Assembly (NCBI GenBank): GCA_965215365.1
Contig: CBDCDS010000003.1
Span: 2,560,001-2,624,000 of the forward strand
Source: Gammaproteobacteria bacterium
Lineage (GTDB): Bacteria; Pseudomonadota; Gammaproteobacteria; Eutrophobiales; Eutrophobiaceae
Direction: 5' to 3'
Length of the DNA stretch: 64,000 nt
Shown here in pieces: positions 9,339 through 19,309 of the stretch. Each line of letters begins with the position of its first letter. The first letter of the stretch is position 1. A program made the translations under genes and the position numbers. Below the pieces are notes generated by a model, which was not told the DNA's origin, searched no databases, and was given only the letters and a program-made list of their open reading frames with translations.

Positions 9339-9788
9339 ATGGAAAGAGTACTAGCACAAATTGCCGATACCATGGCGCAACTGCTCGGGATACCGGAGCT
9401 CAGGTTCGATGAGAACGACTGTATCTGTCTGGCTTTCGATGACACCCCCTGCACCATGGTCGCCACCGCCGACGGCTTGCTCCTGCATGCCGAGCTGGCG
9501 CGCCGGTCCGGGTTTGCGGGCGCCGCCGGGATTGAACGCGAGCTGCTGCGCCTGAGCGCGGAACTGTCCTTTACCGACGGGGTAGTGGCCGTGGCTACGG
9601 ACCGTGACGCGGACAGCATTGCGCTGTGCGCCACCATCAAGCCGCTGTGCGCGCCGCAAGCCAACCTGTTGGAGGCTATTATGACTCGCTTCCTGGAACT
9701 CGTGGCGGAGGTGCAACTGCGCCTCAAGCAGCTGCCCACAGCGCCGGCGGCGCCACCGGACTTCGCCGGCGCCGGGCTCAGGGTTTGA
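9339..9788 (+). CDS. Class I T3SS chaperone (CesT/SycN-like)
   Basis: LGIPELRFDENDCICLAFDD is a typical CesT-family N-terminus. Confidence 0.7.
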   Translation: MERVLAQIADTMAQLLGIPELRFDENDCICLAFDDTPCTMVATADGLLLHAELARRSGFAGAAGIERELLRLSAELSFTDGVVAVATDRDADSIALCATIKPLCAPQANLLEAIMTRFLELVAEVQLRLKQLPTAPAAPPDFAGAGLRV

Positions 9789-9838
9789 ATGAACACTTCC
9801 TGCCCGCAGTCTCGCATCCCCGCTCCCTTACGAGCAAA

Positions 9839-10282
9839 ATGAAACGTTACCACGCCCAAAGTTACTTGGCCCTGCTGGCCGCTGAGCCCGAGCTTGCGGC
9901 TGCCACAGACCCGAAGCTGACCCTGTACTTTGACGAACACCAGCTGGATTTCACCCTGACCGAAACCAGCTTGTACTTTTCCTGTGAGTTGTTGCGCCTG
10001 GAGCAAGCGCAGTCAGTGGTGGCGGACAGTCCGGCCAACACGCTCATGGCGCTGCTGCTCGAAGCCAACTGCATGGGGTCCGGCGCCGCCGGGGGTGTCT
10101 TTGTGCTGGATGCAAACAACGCCTTGTGTCTCAAGGGACAGGCGTTGCTGGGCGCGCTTGAGAACGAGGAGCTGGCCGCGCTGCTGGAAGATTTTCTTAA
10201 TCAGGTTGACTACTGGCAACCGCAACTGGCTGCCTTTCTTAACGGCGCCGACAGCAATGACGGCGCCAAGCTACCGGGTTGA
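9839..10282 (+). CDS. Class I T3SS chaperone (CesT/SicP-like)
   Basis: LLLEANCMGSGAAGGVFVLD...LLEDFLNQVDYW motif of CesT family; precedes effector. Confidence 0.75.
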   Translation: MKRYHAQSYLALLAAEPELAAATDPKLTLYFDEHQLDFTLTETSLYFSCELLRLEQAQSVVADSPANTLMALLLEANCMGSGAAGGVFVLDANNALCLKGQALLGALENEELAALLEDFLNQVDYWQPQLAAFLNGADSNDGAKLPG

Positions 10283-10287
10283 CTGTT

Positions 10288-11859
10288 ATGACAATCAATT
10301 TGAATCAGTTTTCAGATCTGCTCGGCGCGCGCCGGCTGCGCGACACGGATGTGCTGGCCGTCACCGACCGGAATAACCTCAAGCTGCGCGACAGCCGTTT
10401 TCCGGTGCTGCGCTGGCTTGTCAATTCAGGCCTCGGTAAGCGTGCCACCAATCGCAAGACCGTGGATACCTTCATCCGCGCCATGGAGAACCAGTTCGGC
10501 GCGCAACTGCTGGAAAAAATGCAGCTTGACTCGTTGCGCGACCTGCAACGACGCGGTAAGCCACTGCACGTCAGGCATGTCAGGAGCAGCGTTGAGCAGG
10601 CCACGCGCTTGCAGGGCGACGCCACGGCGGTGGTGGATGAACTCGAACGACAATTCAGCAAGGCGCCCTACGCCTCGGTTCCCGGCGGGGCAGAGCTGAC
10701 GCGGGAGGTGCGCGACCGCATTGATTTTGATACCCTGTTCCGCAACCTGCAAGCGGATTGTGACAACTACCGCGGCCGTGAGCAGCTGTGGGTCGCCCTC
10801 CCGAGCATGGTTGAACGACTGGCAACGACGGCGCACAACGAGGCCGTCAGAAAAATTTTTCTGGGGGGGTACGGCATTCAGCCGGCACCGGCGGACACGA
10901 CCGACCGACTGCAGGCGATTGTCGAGGCATTGCCGGAAACCGAAAAACTGAGCGCCGACTTCGGCCTGAGACCGGATAGCAGCAGGATGCCGCCGGCCTT
11001 TTTCGACAAGCTGGCGGGGAAACTACAAAAAACAGTAGAACGGGCTCTGTTGCATCCTGAACGCGTGGCGACCGGCGACGCCTCGGACTCGATCATGTCC
11101 CGGGTGCAACAGGAAGTGCGGTTGACTGTGGAAAAAGCCACCCGGCAGTATCTGCAGGAACGCCTGGACGCATTGCACGCGCTGCAACAGGCACAGGCAG
11201 GCGACATTGCGCCGAGCGCCGGGCCGGCTACTGCGCCGGGCACAGAGGGTCTCTATGAGCAGGCTCTGTACAACCGTATCCCGGCCAGCCAGACGCCACG
11301 CTTGCTGGCGTTGCGCCAGGAGATGCCGGAAGACCTGGGCGCGTTGGTCTCGCCCGACTGTGACCTGAATGCCAAATTCCAACTGTTGCACCAGTTCGGC
11401 GCTCTGGTGCTGCGCACTATCACCGATATGACGCCGGCAGAACAGCAAACACATGCCTCAGGACCGGACGACAGTCTGGATTTTATGGAGGAGTGCTCAA
11501 ACTTCCTCAAGCACGGCAAACTCGATGACGCCGCGGCGGTGCAGCTGCGCCAAGCCCTGGGCGCCGGCGCCGGGTCGGAACTGCCGGGCCTGTATCAGAC
11601 GCTGCAAGATATAAAATATGCGGCGGAATGCAACTCAGACGACGGTTCACCCAAGACCGACCCGGTGTGGGGTGAGGCGTACCGCGCGGTCGAACAGGTG
11701 GACGCGGCCTTCAAGCAGCTGCCGGGCTACCCGGAACTACTCGGCACCATCGACGTGGCCGCCGAGCGCCCCTACGCGCAGGCGGCGCTGCCGGTGTACC
11801 AGGCCATGCGTAACTGCGGTATTGCGCTGCCGCCGCCCGCCGGCGCGCCGGACGCATAA
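10288..11859 (+). CDS. Putative T3SS effector with SptP-like chaperone-binding N-terminal domain
   Basis: N-terminal ~105 aa shared with 15518-16495; TFIRAMENQFG...GKPLHVRHV resembles the SicP-binding region of SptP. Confidence 0.65.
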   Translation: MTINLNQFSDLLGARRLRDTDVLAVTDRNNLKLRDSRFPVLRWLVNSGLGKRATNRKTVDTFIRAMENQFGAQLLEKMQLDSLRDLQRRGKPLHVRHVRSSVEQATRLQGDATAVVDELERQFSKAPYASVPGGAELTREVRDRIDFDTLFRNLQADCDNYRGREQLWVALPSMVERLATTAHNEAVRKIFLGGYGIQPAPADTTDRLQAIVEALPETEKLSADFGLRPDSSRMPPAFFDKLAGKLQKTVERALLHPERVATGDASDSIMSRVQQEVRLTVEKATRQYLQERLDALHALQQAQAGDIAPSAGPATAPGTEGLYEQALYNRIPASQTPRLLALRQEMPEDLGALVSPDCDLNAKFQLLHQFGALVLRTITDMTPAEQQTHASGPDDSLDFMEECSNFLKHGKLDDAAAVQLRQALGAGAGSELPGLYQTLQDIKYAAECNSDDGSPKTDPVWGEAYRAVEQVDAAFKQLPGYPELLGTIDVAAERPYAQAALPVYQAMRNCGIALPPPAGAPDA

Positions 11860-11920
11860 AGGGGGCTGACTCCGTGCAGGTAAGCTGCAACCGGTTGGCG
11901 CCGATGCCTGAGGCGCAGTG

Positions 11921-13690
11921 ATGACCAGACACGGCGGCCGGCCCGGTGGCGCGGCGCTATTGTTGTTGCTCATTATGGCCCCGGTCAGCGCGCCACAAGA
12001 CCAGACCGACTCCTTGCAGAGCACCGCCAATCTGAGCTGGAAAACCGCCGGCTTCAGTTTTTATGCAAGCCAAATCAGCGCTGCGGACATCCTGTTGGAT
12101 TTTTCCACCAACTTGTCGGTACCGGTGACCGTGAGTAAGCAGGCGCGTCGTCAGACCATCAGCGGCAACTTCAGGCAGTTGCCGGGCAAACGCTTTATCG
12201 AATTGTTGTGCAAGGGCAACAGTCTGATCTGGTTTTTTGACGGTTCCATGCTGTTTGTGCGCCATGCCAACGAGCTCGCGCGCCAGGACCTGACCCTGGA
12301 CCCGGCAACATTTGACGCCGACGCGTTTGCGCGGCTCTACGAGAGTTTTGAGATCGACGGCGGCTTTAATCGTTTCGACGTCATCTTCGACGGCCAGGTG
12401 CTGCGCCTTACCGGCCTACCTGAATATATCAGGTTTGTCGAACGTATCGTGCGCTTTGTAACCGGCGACAAAACCCTGCCGGAAGCGGAGGTCGGCTTTG
12501 GCGATGTCGATACCCAGGTGGTGCGCATGTTGCCGGTGCGTCACGCCTACAGCGAGCCGCAACTGCTTAATCTGGCCAATATTCTGGCAAAAACCATGGG
12601 AGTCAGGCATGTTGATCTGTCCGATGACCGCGCTGTGGCGGCAGTCATGCCGGAGCCGCAGCCACAAAATGATGTCCCGGGCGGCCTCCTGGGGGGGCTG
12701 TTCGGCACCGGGCTGAGCGACAAAAACGTTGAACCGATAGAGCAGTATGGCCGCGGCACCCCGGCACCCGGCGACGTTCCGCCGGCGCCCGCCGCCAACG
12801 GCGCCGCGTCTGGCGCAGCCGCCGCGGGCCTGGTGTTTGCCGGCGGCGCCCCGTTTGTGGCGGTGAACGTCACCCAGCGGGCGCTCATCGTGCGTGACCT
12901 GCGCGCCCGTATCCCGCAATATGTGAGTTTGCTGAATGAACTGGATGTGCCGCAACGGCAGATTGAAATCTCTGCATCCATCCTCGACATCAACAGCAAA
13001 TACAATTCACAGTTGGGCGTTAATATCCAGAACAACCAAGAACAGGGTCTGCTGGAATACGAATACATCCCGGCTTCTTCCATCAGCGACATCACGGGTT
13101 TTCGCGCGCGCCTGTTCGCACTGGTTGAAGATGGCAATGCCCGGGTCGTCTCGGAGCCGTCCATACTCACGCTCAACAACCGCGCCGCGCAATTCCGCAC
13201 CGACCAGACATTTTATGTGCGTCTGGCCGGTGATCGCGCCGTTGATTTGGTGCCCATCAGTTTTGGCACCCACCTGCAGGTGACCCCGAACATCGTCGGC
13301 GGCAACCGCAACGCCGGCGCCGAGCAGGCGCAGATTCATCTGGACATCCATATTGAAGACGGCGTGCGGGCGAGTCCCTCTGGCAATGTGGACGCCATCC
13401 CGCCGGTCAACAACACCGTTATCGACACCGAAGCCCTGGTACAACAAGACACCAGTCTGCTGGTCGGCGGCTATCAAATCAACGATGAAGACTTCAGCAA
13501 CAGCGGCATTCCGGTGTTGAAGGACATTCCCTTCCTCGGTCTGTTGTTCTCCACCCGTTCCAAGACCATCACCTCGATCAACCGGTACTTTATTATTACC
13601 ACGCGCGTGCCAGACTACAACACCCCCGAAGGCGTACAACAAGAAGACGCCAAAGCCGATGCTGCCCTCTCGCAACTGGAAACCCCCTGA
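11921..13690 (+). CDS. sctC: T3SS outer-membrane secretin SctC (YscC/HrcC)
   Basis: Signal peptide, LIWFFDGSMLFV N0 motif, LDVPQRQIEISASILDI, IPVLKDIPFLGLLF secretin signature. Confidence 0.92.
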   Translation: MTRHGGRPGGAALLLLLIMAPVSAPQDQTDSLQSTANLSWKTAGFSFYASQISAADILLDFSTNLSVPVTVSKQARRQTISGNFRQLPGKRFIELLCKGNSLIWFFDGSMLFVRHANELARQDLTLDPATFDADAFARLYESFEIDGGFNRFDVIFDGQVLRLTGLPEYIRFVERIVRFVTGDKTLPEAEVGFGDVDTQVVRMLPVRHAYSEPQLLNLANILAKTMGVRHVDLSDDRAVAAVMPEPQPQNDVPGGLLGGLFGTGLSDKNVEPIEQYGRGTPAPGDVPPAPAANGAASGAAAAGLVFAGGAPFVAVNVTQRALIVRDLRARIPQYVSLLNELDVPQRQIEISASILDINSKYNSQLGVNIQNNQEQGLLEYEYIPASSISDITGFRARLFALVEDGNARVVSEPSILTLNNRAAQFRTDQTFYVRLAGDRAVDLVPISFGTHLQVTPNIVGGNRNAGAEQAQIHLDIHIEDGVRASPSGNVDAIPPVNNTVIDTEALVQQDTSLLVGGYQINDEDFSNSGIPVLKDIPFLGLLFSTRSKTITSINRYFIITTRVPDYNTPEGVQQEDAKADAALSQLETP

Positions 13691-13812
13691 GCAACAGCGA
13701 CAGCCACCGCCGTCGCACACAAAGTGTACCTTGCCGCCACCCCATTCGACAAGTTACAATTCTTATTACGACCAACGAAGGGCAAAACCACAACCTGTAA
13801 GGAGTTGACGGC

Positions 13813-15102
13813 ATGGGTCCCAACTGGGCAAATCGTACACTGTTTCACGGTGATAATCTGGATTTCATGCGCGCCATGGATAGCGAGTCTGTCGACCTGA
13901 TCGCCACCGACCCGCCATTTAACAAGGGCCGGGACTTCCACGCGACACCGGACAGTCTAGCCGCAGGCGCGTCATTTCAAGATAGATGGTCGTGGGAAAA
14001 TGATGTACATCAGGATTGGATTGATCAACTTACAGATGACCACCCTAACCTGATCGAAGCAATAGAATCTGCCCGCCATGCCCACAGTGAAGGTATGGGC
14101 GCGTATATGTGCTTTATGGCCGTCCGGCTGCTTGCCATGCGGCGGATACTCAAGTCCACGGGGTCAATTTATCTGCATTGTGATCCGACTGCCAGCCATT
14201 ATCTTAAGGCCGTTATGGATGCGATATTCGGGTATAGGAATTTCAGGAATGAAATTGTATGGTCGTACAGAAGATGGCCGTCAAAAAGCCGCCATTTCCA
14301 GACCATGCACGATATTCTGCTATTTTACACAAAGGGAACGGATAACATATTTAATGTCGATTATGAGCCTGCCAGCGATAGCTATCTAAAGCGATTTAAG
14401 GGGAAAACGCAAATTCTTGATCCTGAAAACAAGACTCGGAAGATACCCGTGGATGCACCGACAAAAGGTATGCCGATGAGGGCTGTGTGGGATATTTCGT
14501 TTATTGCTCCGGCATCAAAAGAGCGCACTGGCTACCCGACACAAAAGCCCATCAAACTATATGATCGAATCATTAAAGCATCCAGCAATGAAGGTGACAT
14601 TGTCTTTGATCCGTTTGCAGGTTGCGCAACGACCTGCGTCGCCGCAGAGCGTTTGAACAGGCAATGGATAGGGATTGATATATGGGACAAAGCGTATGAA
14701 GTTGTCATCAAGCGCTTACATGAAGAAGTGGGTCTATTTGGGGATGTTCACTATTCCGATACTATCCCGACGCGCACCGATGACGGCTTGACGGCTGCGC
14801 CGTACCTTAAGGTCAAGCAATCCATCCCTGAACCACCGGGACGGAAAATGTCCAGGGCGGAAATGTATGAAATATTGCTATCGCAACAGGGCACGAAATG
14901 CCAGGGATGTGATCGGAAATTCGATGATGCCCGTTACTTGGAGCTCGACCACAACACACCAAGGGCGGACGGTGGGCCCAACCACATATCCAACCGCATC
15001 CTGCTATGCGGTCCCTGCAACAGGCTGAAAAGTCATATATACACTTTGTCGGGGCTCAGACGCGAGAATGAAAAACGGGGATATATCCGCAGTGAGCGCT
15101 GA
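13813..15102 (+). CDS. N6/N4 DNA methyltransferase fused to C-terminal HNH endonuclease
   Basis: LIATDPPF, GYPTQKP, VFDPFAGCATT (beta-class MTase); CQGC...LELDHNTP...NRILLCGPCN HNH/Zn motif; visibly more AT-rich than flanks. Confidence 0.9.
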   Translation: MGPNWANRTLFHGDNLDFMRAMDSESVDLIATDPPFNKGRDFHATPDSLAAGASFQDRWSWENDVHQDWIDQLTDDHPNLIEAIESARHAHSEGMGAYMCFMAVRLLAMRRILKSTGSIYLHCDPTASHYLKAVMDAIFGYRNFRNEIVWSYRRWPSKSRHFQTMHDILLFYTKGTDNIFNVDYEPASDSYLKRFKGKTQILDPENKTRKIPVDAPTKGMPMRAVWDISFIAPASKERTGYPTQKPIKLYDRIIKASSNEGDIVFDPFAGCATTCVAAERLNRQWIGIDIWDKAYEVVIKRLHEEVGLFGDVHYSDTIPTRTDDGLTAAPYLKVKQSIPEPPGRKMSRAEMYEILLSQQGTKCQGCDRKFDDARYLELDHNTPRADGGPNHISNRILLCGPCNRLKSHIYTLSGLRRENEKRGYIRSER

Positions 15103-15273
15103 GTGCGCGCATGAAGCCCGGTGCAGCGTACCAGTACGCCCCCATTGATAGCGTGCATTGCGCGCAACTTTATGCTATGGTTGTTACCCGGTGGCTGTTG
15201 CCTGAGCGACTGCGGTTGCGCTTTTGGGCCGTTGCCGAACATTCATCTCAACCTGTAACCCGATCGGATCACT

Positions 15274-15507
15274 ATGACATCTGCTGACAACCTTACCCTG
15301 GAGGCGCGGCTCTCCGACGACCCTGAAGGCAGTGAGCGCGATAAGCTCCTGCAAGTCCTGAAAGCATTTGAGCAGGAATTGGACGAGGCTTTGAAAAAAG
15401 GCTGCGCCCCCGCCGACTACAAACGCCTCAGCGAAGTATTGCTTGGCGCGCGCGTGGCGCAAGGTGTACTGGCTGTCTATCACGGCCACCTGAATAAACA
15501 AACCTAG
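15274..15507 (+). CDS. T3SS needle co-chaperone (YscE/EscE/SsaE family)
   Basis: 77 aa, LTLEARLSDD...LKKGCAPADYKRL...A pattern of the YscE family. Confidence 0.7.
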   Translation: MTSADNLTLEARLSDDPEGSERDKLLQVLKAFEQELDEALKKGCAPADYKRLSEVLLGARVAQGVLAVYHGHLNKQT

Positions 15508-15517
15508 CGACCGCCCT

Positions 15518-16495
15518 ATGGCAGTCAGTTTCAGCCAGTTTTCAGATGCCGTCGCCCGGGCCAATGTGCGCGACCGGGATGTCGTCACTGTAACCAAACA
15601 GAATAATCTCAAGCTGGGCAGCAGCCGCTTTCGGCTGTTGCGCTGGATCGCTAATGCCGGCATCGGCAAGCGGTTGCGCAACCGCAGGACTGTTGATGCA
15701 TTTATTCACTCTTTGCAACAGAACTTCGGCGAGCATGTGGTCGGGAAGATGAATCTCGGCCATTTGCAGCAACTGCGCAGCCGCGGCAAGCCGTTGAACG
15801 TGCGTTTTGTCAAAGCCTATCTGGATAATGCCAGGGAGGTGAAGCAATATCTGGACATTCGTTCCGAGCAGCAAGGCGCCGGTCACTTTGCCGACACCGC
15901 GCGGCGGCGTATTGAAGCCGGTTTGACGCAATTTACCCCCGCCGAGAGCAAGGCTTCGACGAAATATCCTGATTTTTTTGCCGAGCCGTTGCGAGACTTC
16001 GATCGCGATAACTACATTATTGACGGCGTGGAGATGGGGCGGGATACGGATGACACTGTACAGGCATTGCGTCGGCTTTGCACCGACAAGAGTGGCAAAG
16101 CCGACAGCAAGCTGCTTGAGATCGTGCAGGGGATACTTTACCAGCGCACCTTGGGCCTGGTGTTGGAAGAGTGCGTCGGTCGGCTTGAAGAGGACCACGG
16201 TGCTCATTATGCCGACGCTCCATTCCGGGGCTGCTATCCCGCCGGCGCCGACGCTGACAAGCTGTATCGCGCCGGCAAGGACCCGGACAGCGGCAAGCTG
16301 CAGCTGGACCTGACCCACAGCACCCCGGTGAAGGTCATCAGCCATACCCCCAGCGGCCAGGATGTGATGCTGGATCCGGAGCGCAGCCACTACGGCCTGC
16401 AACTGCGCATTGAAGTGGACCCGGCAGACTACCGCGTCAAGGTCACCCAAGCCGATTATCAATTTCAATTCACGCCCCAGACACCGGCGGCCTGA
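15518..16495 (+). CDS. Putative T3SS effector sharing N-terminal domain with 10288-11859
   Basis: Direct by-eye alignment of first ~105 aa; unrelated C-terminal alpha/beta domain. Confidence 0.65.
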   Translation: MAVSFSQFSDAVARANVRDRDVVTVTKQNNLKLGSSRFRLLRWIANAGIGKRLRNRRTVDAFIHSLQQNFGEHVVGKMNLGHLQQLRSRGKPLNVRFVKAYLDNAREVKQYLDIRSEQQGAGHFADTARRRIEAGLTQFTPAESKASTKYPDFFAEPLRDFDRDNYIIDGVEMGRDTDDTVQALRRLCTDKSGKADSKLLEIVQGILYQRTLGLVLEECVGRLEEDHGAHYADAPFRGCYPAGADADKLYRAGKDPDSGKLQLDLTHSTPVKVISHTPSGQDVMLDPERSHYGLQLRIEVDPADYRVKVTQADYQFQFTPQTPAA

Positions 16496-16524
16496 AGCCA
16501 AAGCCAGCAGGGGAACAGCACCGG

Positions 16525-17568
16525 CTAACGCAGCTGCTTGAGCAGTCTCAGTACCTCGGCAACGGGTTTGATCAGGTCATGGGGGATGTAGTTCTCGACA
16601 TTGGCCTGTTCGTGCAGTGAGTGCGCCAGCGGCACGTTCTCCATGATGGGGACGCCTTCTTCTCTGGCAACCTTGAGTAAACGCTGTGCCTGGGCGCCTT
16701 CCGCCTTGAAAGTGACGATGGGTAGCGGGGTCTTTTCCTCATCATAGAGCAGGCCTACGGCAATATGGGTCGGGTTGGTGATGATCACCGAAGAGCGCTT
16801 CACGTTTTTCACCTGTTCGCTGTTGATGATTTCACTGAATAGCTGTTTGCGCTTGCCCTTGATGTGCGGGTCACCTTCCGCCTCCTTATACTCCTGCTTG
16901 ACCTCTTCCTTTGACATCATCAGTTCCCTGGTGTATTTGCGCCGGGCCAGACCGAGGTCCACCACCGCGACCACGGTAAACACCAGCAGGGAGTAGATGA
17001 TGATATTCTTTAACACCGCCGTTGTGACAGGCAGGATGCAGCCGAGGTTGCAATCGGGCAGGCTGAACAGCTCCGGGATGTTATGGTACAAGGCAATACT
17101 CAGGATTGTGCCCAGCGCCACAATTTTAAGAATATTTTTCAATACCTGAATGACCGAGTCCCGGGTAAACAGCTTTTTGAGTTTTTCCACCGGGTTGATA
17201 TGACTCAATTTGGGCTGAATGGACTCAAACGCAAGCAGCGGGCCAACCTGGAAAAAGTTCAGCAGCAAGGCGGCGAGTGCGGCGGTGCCGACGACGATAA
17301 AACTTATCTTCAGCATGACGATTGCGCCGCTGCGCGCCGTGGCCACCAGCACGCTGCGCGTGTCGGCCTGTTCCAGGTGAGTGGCCATGAGCATGATACG
17401 CTCGAAGTCCTGCAAAAACGCCGCGCCGGCGCCAAGGAAGCACAGCACTACGGCAACCAGCGTGGCCAAGCTGCCAATCTCATTGCTCTTGGCAACCTGT
17501 CCTTTTTTGCGGGAATCCCGTATCCTCTTCTGGGTGGGTTGTTCGGTCTTGTCGGCTGAGCCGGCCAT
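16525..17568 (-). CDS. sctU: T3SS export switch protein SctU (YscU/FlhB family)
   Basis: KTEQPT...KKGQV, four TM segments, EGDPHIK, NPTH autocleavage motif. Confidence 0.95.
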   Translation of the reverse strand: MAGSADKTEQPTQKRIRDSRKKGQVAKSNEIGSLATLVAVVLCFLGAGAAFLQDFERIMLMATHLEQADTRSVLVATARSGAIVMLKISFIVVGTAALAALLLNFFQVGPLLAFESIQPKLSHINPVEKLKKLFTRDSVIQVLKNILKIVALGTILSIALYHNIPELFSLPDCNLGCILPVTTAVLKNIIIYSLLVFTVVAVVDLGLARRKYTRELMMSKEEVKQEYKEAEGDPHIKGKRKQLFSEIINSEQVKNVKRSSVIITNPTHIAVGLLYDEEKTPLPIVTFKAEGAQAQRLLKVAREEGVPIMENVPLAHSLHEQANVENYIPHDLIKPVAEVLRLLKQLR

Positions 17569-17643
17569 ATTTTCCAGCGCGTTTTGACTTGACGGTTAAT
17601 CTAATTTATTTTTGTATGGGAAACAAGTTTCACAAATCGATTC

Positions 17644-19287
17644 GTGACTGAGTCCAGGTTCATATTAAAAATTCTCTCCGGCCTGCACGTGGGGGCGGAG
17701 TTTTCTCTGCCGCTCGGTGTCAGCCGTCTTGGTAAGTCTCCAGATTGCGATATTATCCTGCACGATCAGGGGGTTGCAGACGAGCATCTGATATTCCGCT
17801 GCAGTGGGCAGGAGACCTTGGTGGAGTGTCCGACACAGGAGTCTGCGGCCCTGCTGAATGGCACGGATGAGCTGCGCGAGCAGGGGCCTTATACGGTCAG
17901 CGAGTATGGCCTGATCACCAGCGCCGGTCTCTACCTGGCGTTGGGCACCGCCGACGCGTGCTGGGATATTCCACCGCCCGAACGCTTGTTTACGCAATTT
18001 CTTGAGGCTCGACGCGCGGCGCAACCGGCGCCAGGGTCGGTGCAGGTTGATGCCAACGCCGACCACGCGCCGCCGGGAGAGGAACAGCCGGCGGCGCAGA
18101 CTGAAGAGCTGGCGCCGGAGAATGGGCCGGCGCGGTCGGAAGATGAGTTGCCGGCACCGGGAGACGAGTTGGCGGGGCAAGCTGAACTGGCGGCGATGCA
18201 AGATGAGCCAGCCGCGCCCGGGGCTGACCCGGCCACCGCGCAGGACCACCCGGTAGCCGCGTCGGGTCAGGAGCCGGCTACCGCCGGCGCACAGCAAACC
18301 GGGCGGGTGCCGGGCGACCACGCCGCGTCGGGGGCGTTCCAACGATTGTGGCGGCGCGCGCCGCGGCGCGCCCGCGTCGCCGGTGCCGGCGCGCTGGCGG
18401 TCGTGGTGCTGGGCGCCGGGTTATTCTACTGGCACAGCAAATTGCAACTGCCGGTAGAAGTCGCGCACGAACCCGCCATAACACTGGCTGAGATCGAACG
18501 CGTCGCCGCCGATTTCAAGCTCGACGCCAGTTTTGAACTGCTCGATAAAAACCTGTTGCAAGTCAGTGGCTATGCGCTCAACAGTGACGAAAAACACGGG
18601 TTTGTGCGCGCCATGTATGCGCGCGGCATCATCGTTAAATCCCGGCTGGTGCTCACCGAGCAGTTCAAAAACAATATCCTGAATATCCTCGAACAACTGG
18701 TCAACCCGGCTCGCCATGAGACCATCAGCGTCTCGGTAAAACCGGACGATATCAGGACCCTGGTACTGCGCGGTTACGTGCAGGACGCCGAAAAGTGGCA
18801 GGCGGCGCTTGCCGAGACCCTGCGCCTGGTCGATGCCATCGCTTACGAGGATGAGGTTGTGCACTGGGATGACGGCTATCGCCACCTGCAGGAACTGATA
18901 CAGAGCCATGACGCGGGCGCCTTGCTACGCCTGCAAGACGACCGCGAAAACGACCGCATCCTGCTGTTTGCCACGGATTACCATAATGCCGACGAGCCGC
19001 GGCTGCAAGCGCTTGCTCAGGAGTACCGCCGGCGCTACGCTCGCCCGGAACTGCTGCTGTCCGGGCCCGGCGAGCAGGAAACGCTGAACCTGCCGGCATT
19101 CACCGCCAACAAAATCCTGGGTGCCAGTTTTAACGTCCTGAACTACGTGCTACTAGATGACGGGCAACGCTATTTTGTCGGTGCTCTCACCCCGGACGGT
19201 TACCGGATTGATGAAATCAATGAAACGTTTGCCATTTTTTCACTGGCCGGCGCGGACTATGTCCATTATTTCCAAACCATGCCCTGA
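17644..19287 (+). CDS. sctD: T3SS inner-membrane ring SctD (YscD)
   Basis: N-terminal FHA-like LKILSGLHVGAE...CDIILHD, linker, single TM, BON-like repeats, C-terminal YVLLDDGQRYFVGA. Confidence 0.88.
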   Translation: MTESRFILKILSGLHVGAEFSLPLGVSRLGKSPDCDIILHDQGVADEHLIFRCSGQETLVECPTQESAALLNGTDELREQGPYTVSEYGLITSAGLYLALGTADACWDIPPPERLFTQFLEARRAAQPAPGSVQVDANADHAPPGEEQPAAQTEELAPENGPARSEDELPAPGDELAGQAELAAMQDEPAAPGADPATAQDHPVAASGQEPATAGAQQTGRVPGDHAASGAFQRLWRRAPRRARVAGAGALAVVVLGAGLFYWHSKLQLPVEVAHEPAITLAEIERVAADFKLDASFELLDKNLLQVSGYALNSDEKHGFVRAMYARGIIVKSRLVLTEQFKNNILNILEQLVNPARHETISVSVKPDDIRTLVLRGYVQDAEKWQAALAETLRLVDAIAYEDEVVHWDDGYRHLQELIQSHDAGALLRLQDDRENDRILLFATDYHNADEPRLQALAQEYRRRYARPELLLSGPGEQETLNLPAFTANKILGASFNVLNYVLLDDGQRYFVGALTPDGYRIDEINETFAIFSLAGADYVHYFQTMP

Positions 19288-19309
19288 CGCGACCCTATCG
19301 TTCTCCCTG

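Noticed and set aside
19157-19309. Longer N-termini given by the ORF track (also 28165, 35356, 46795, 39748, 9626)
   Set aside because: They overlap upstream genes; downstream starts fit family N-termini and stop/start coupling.
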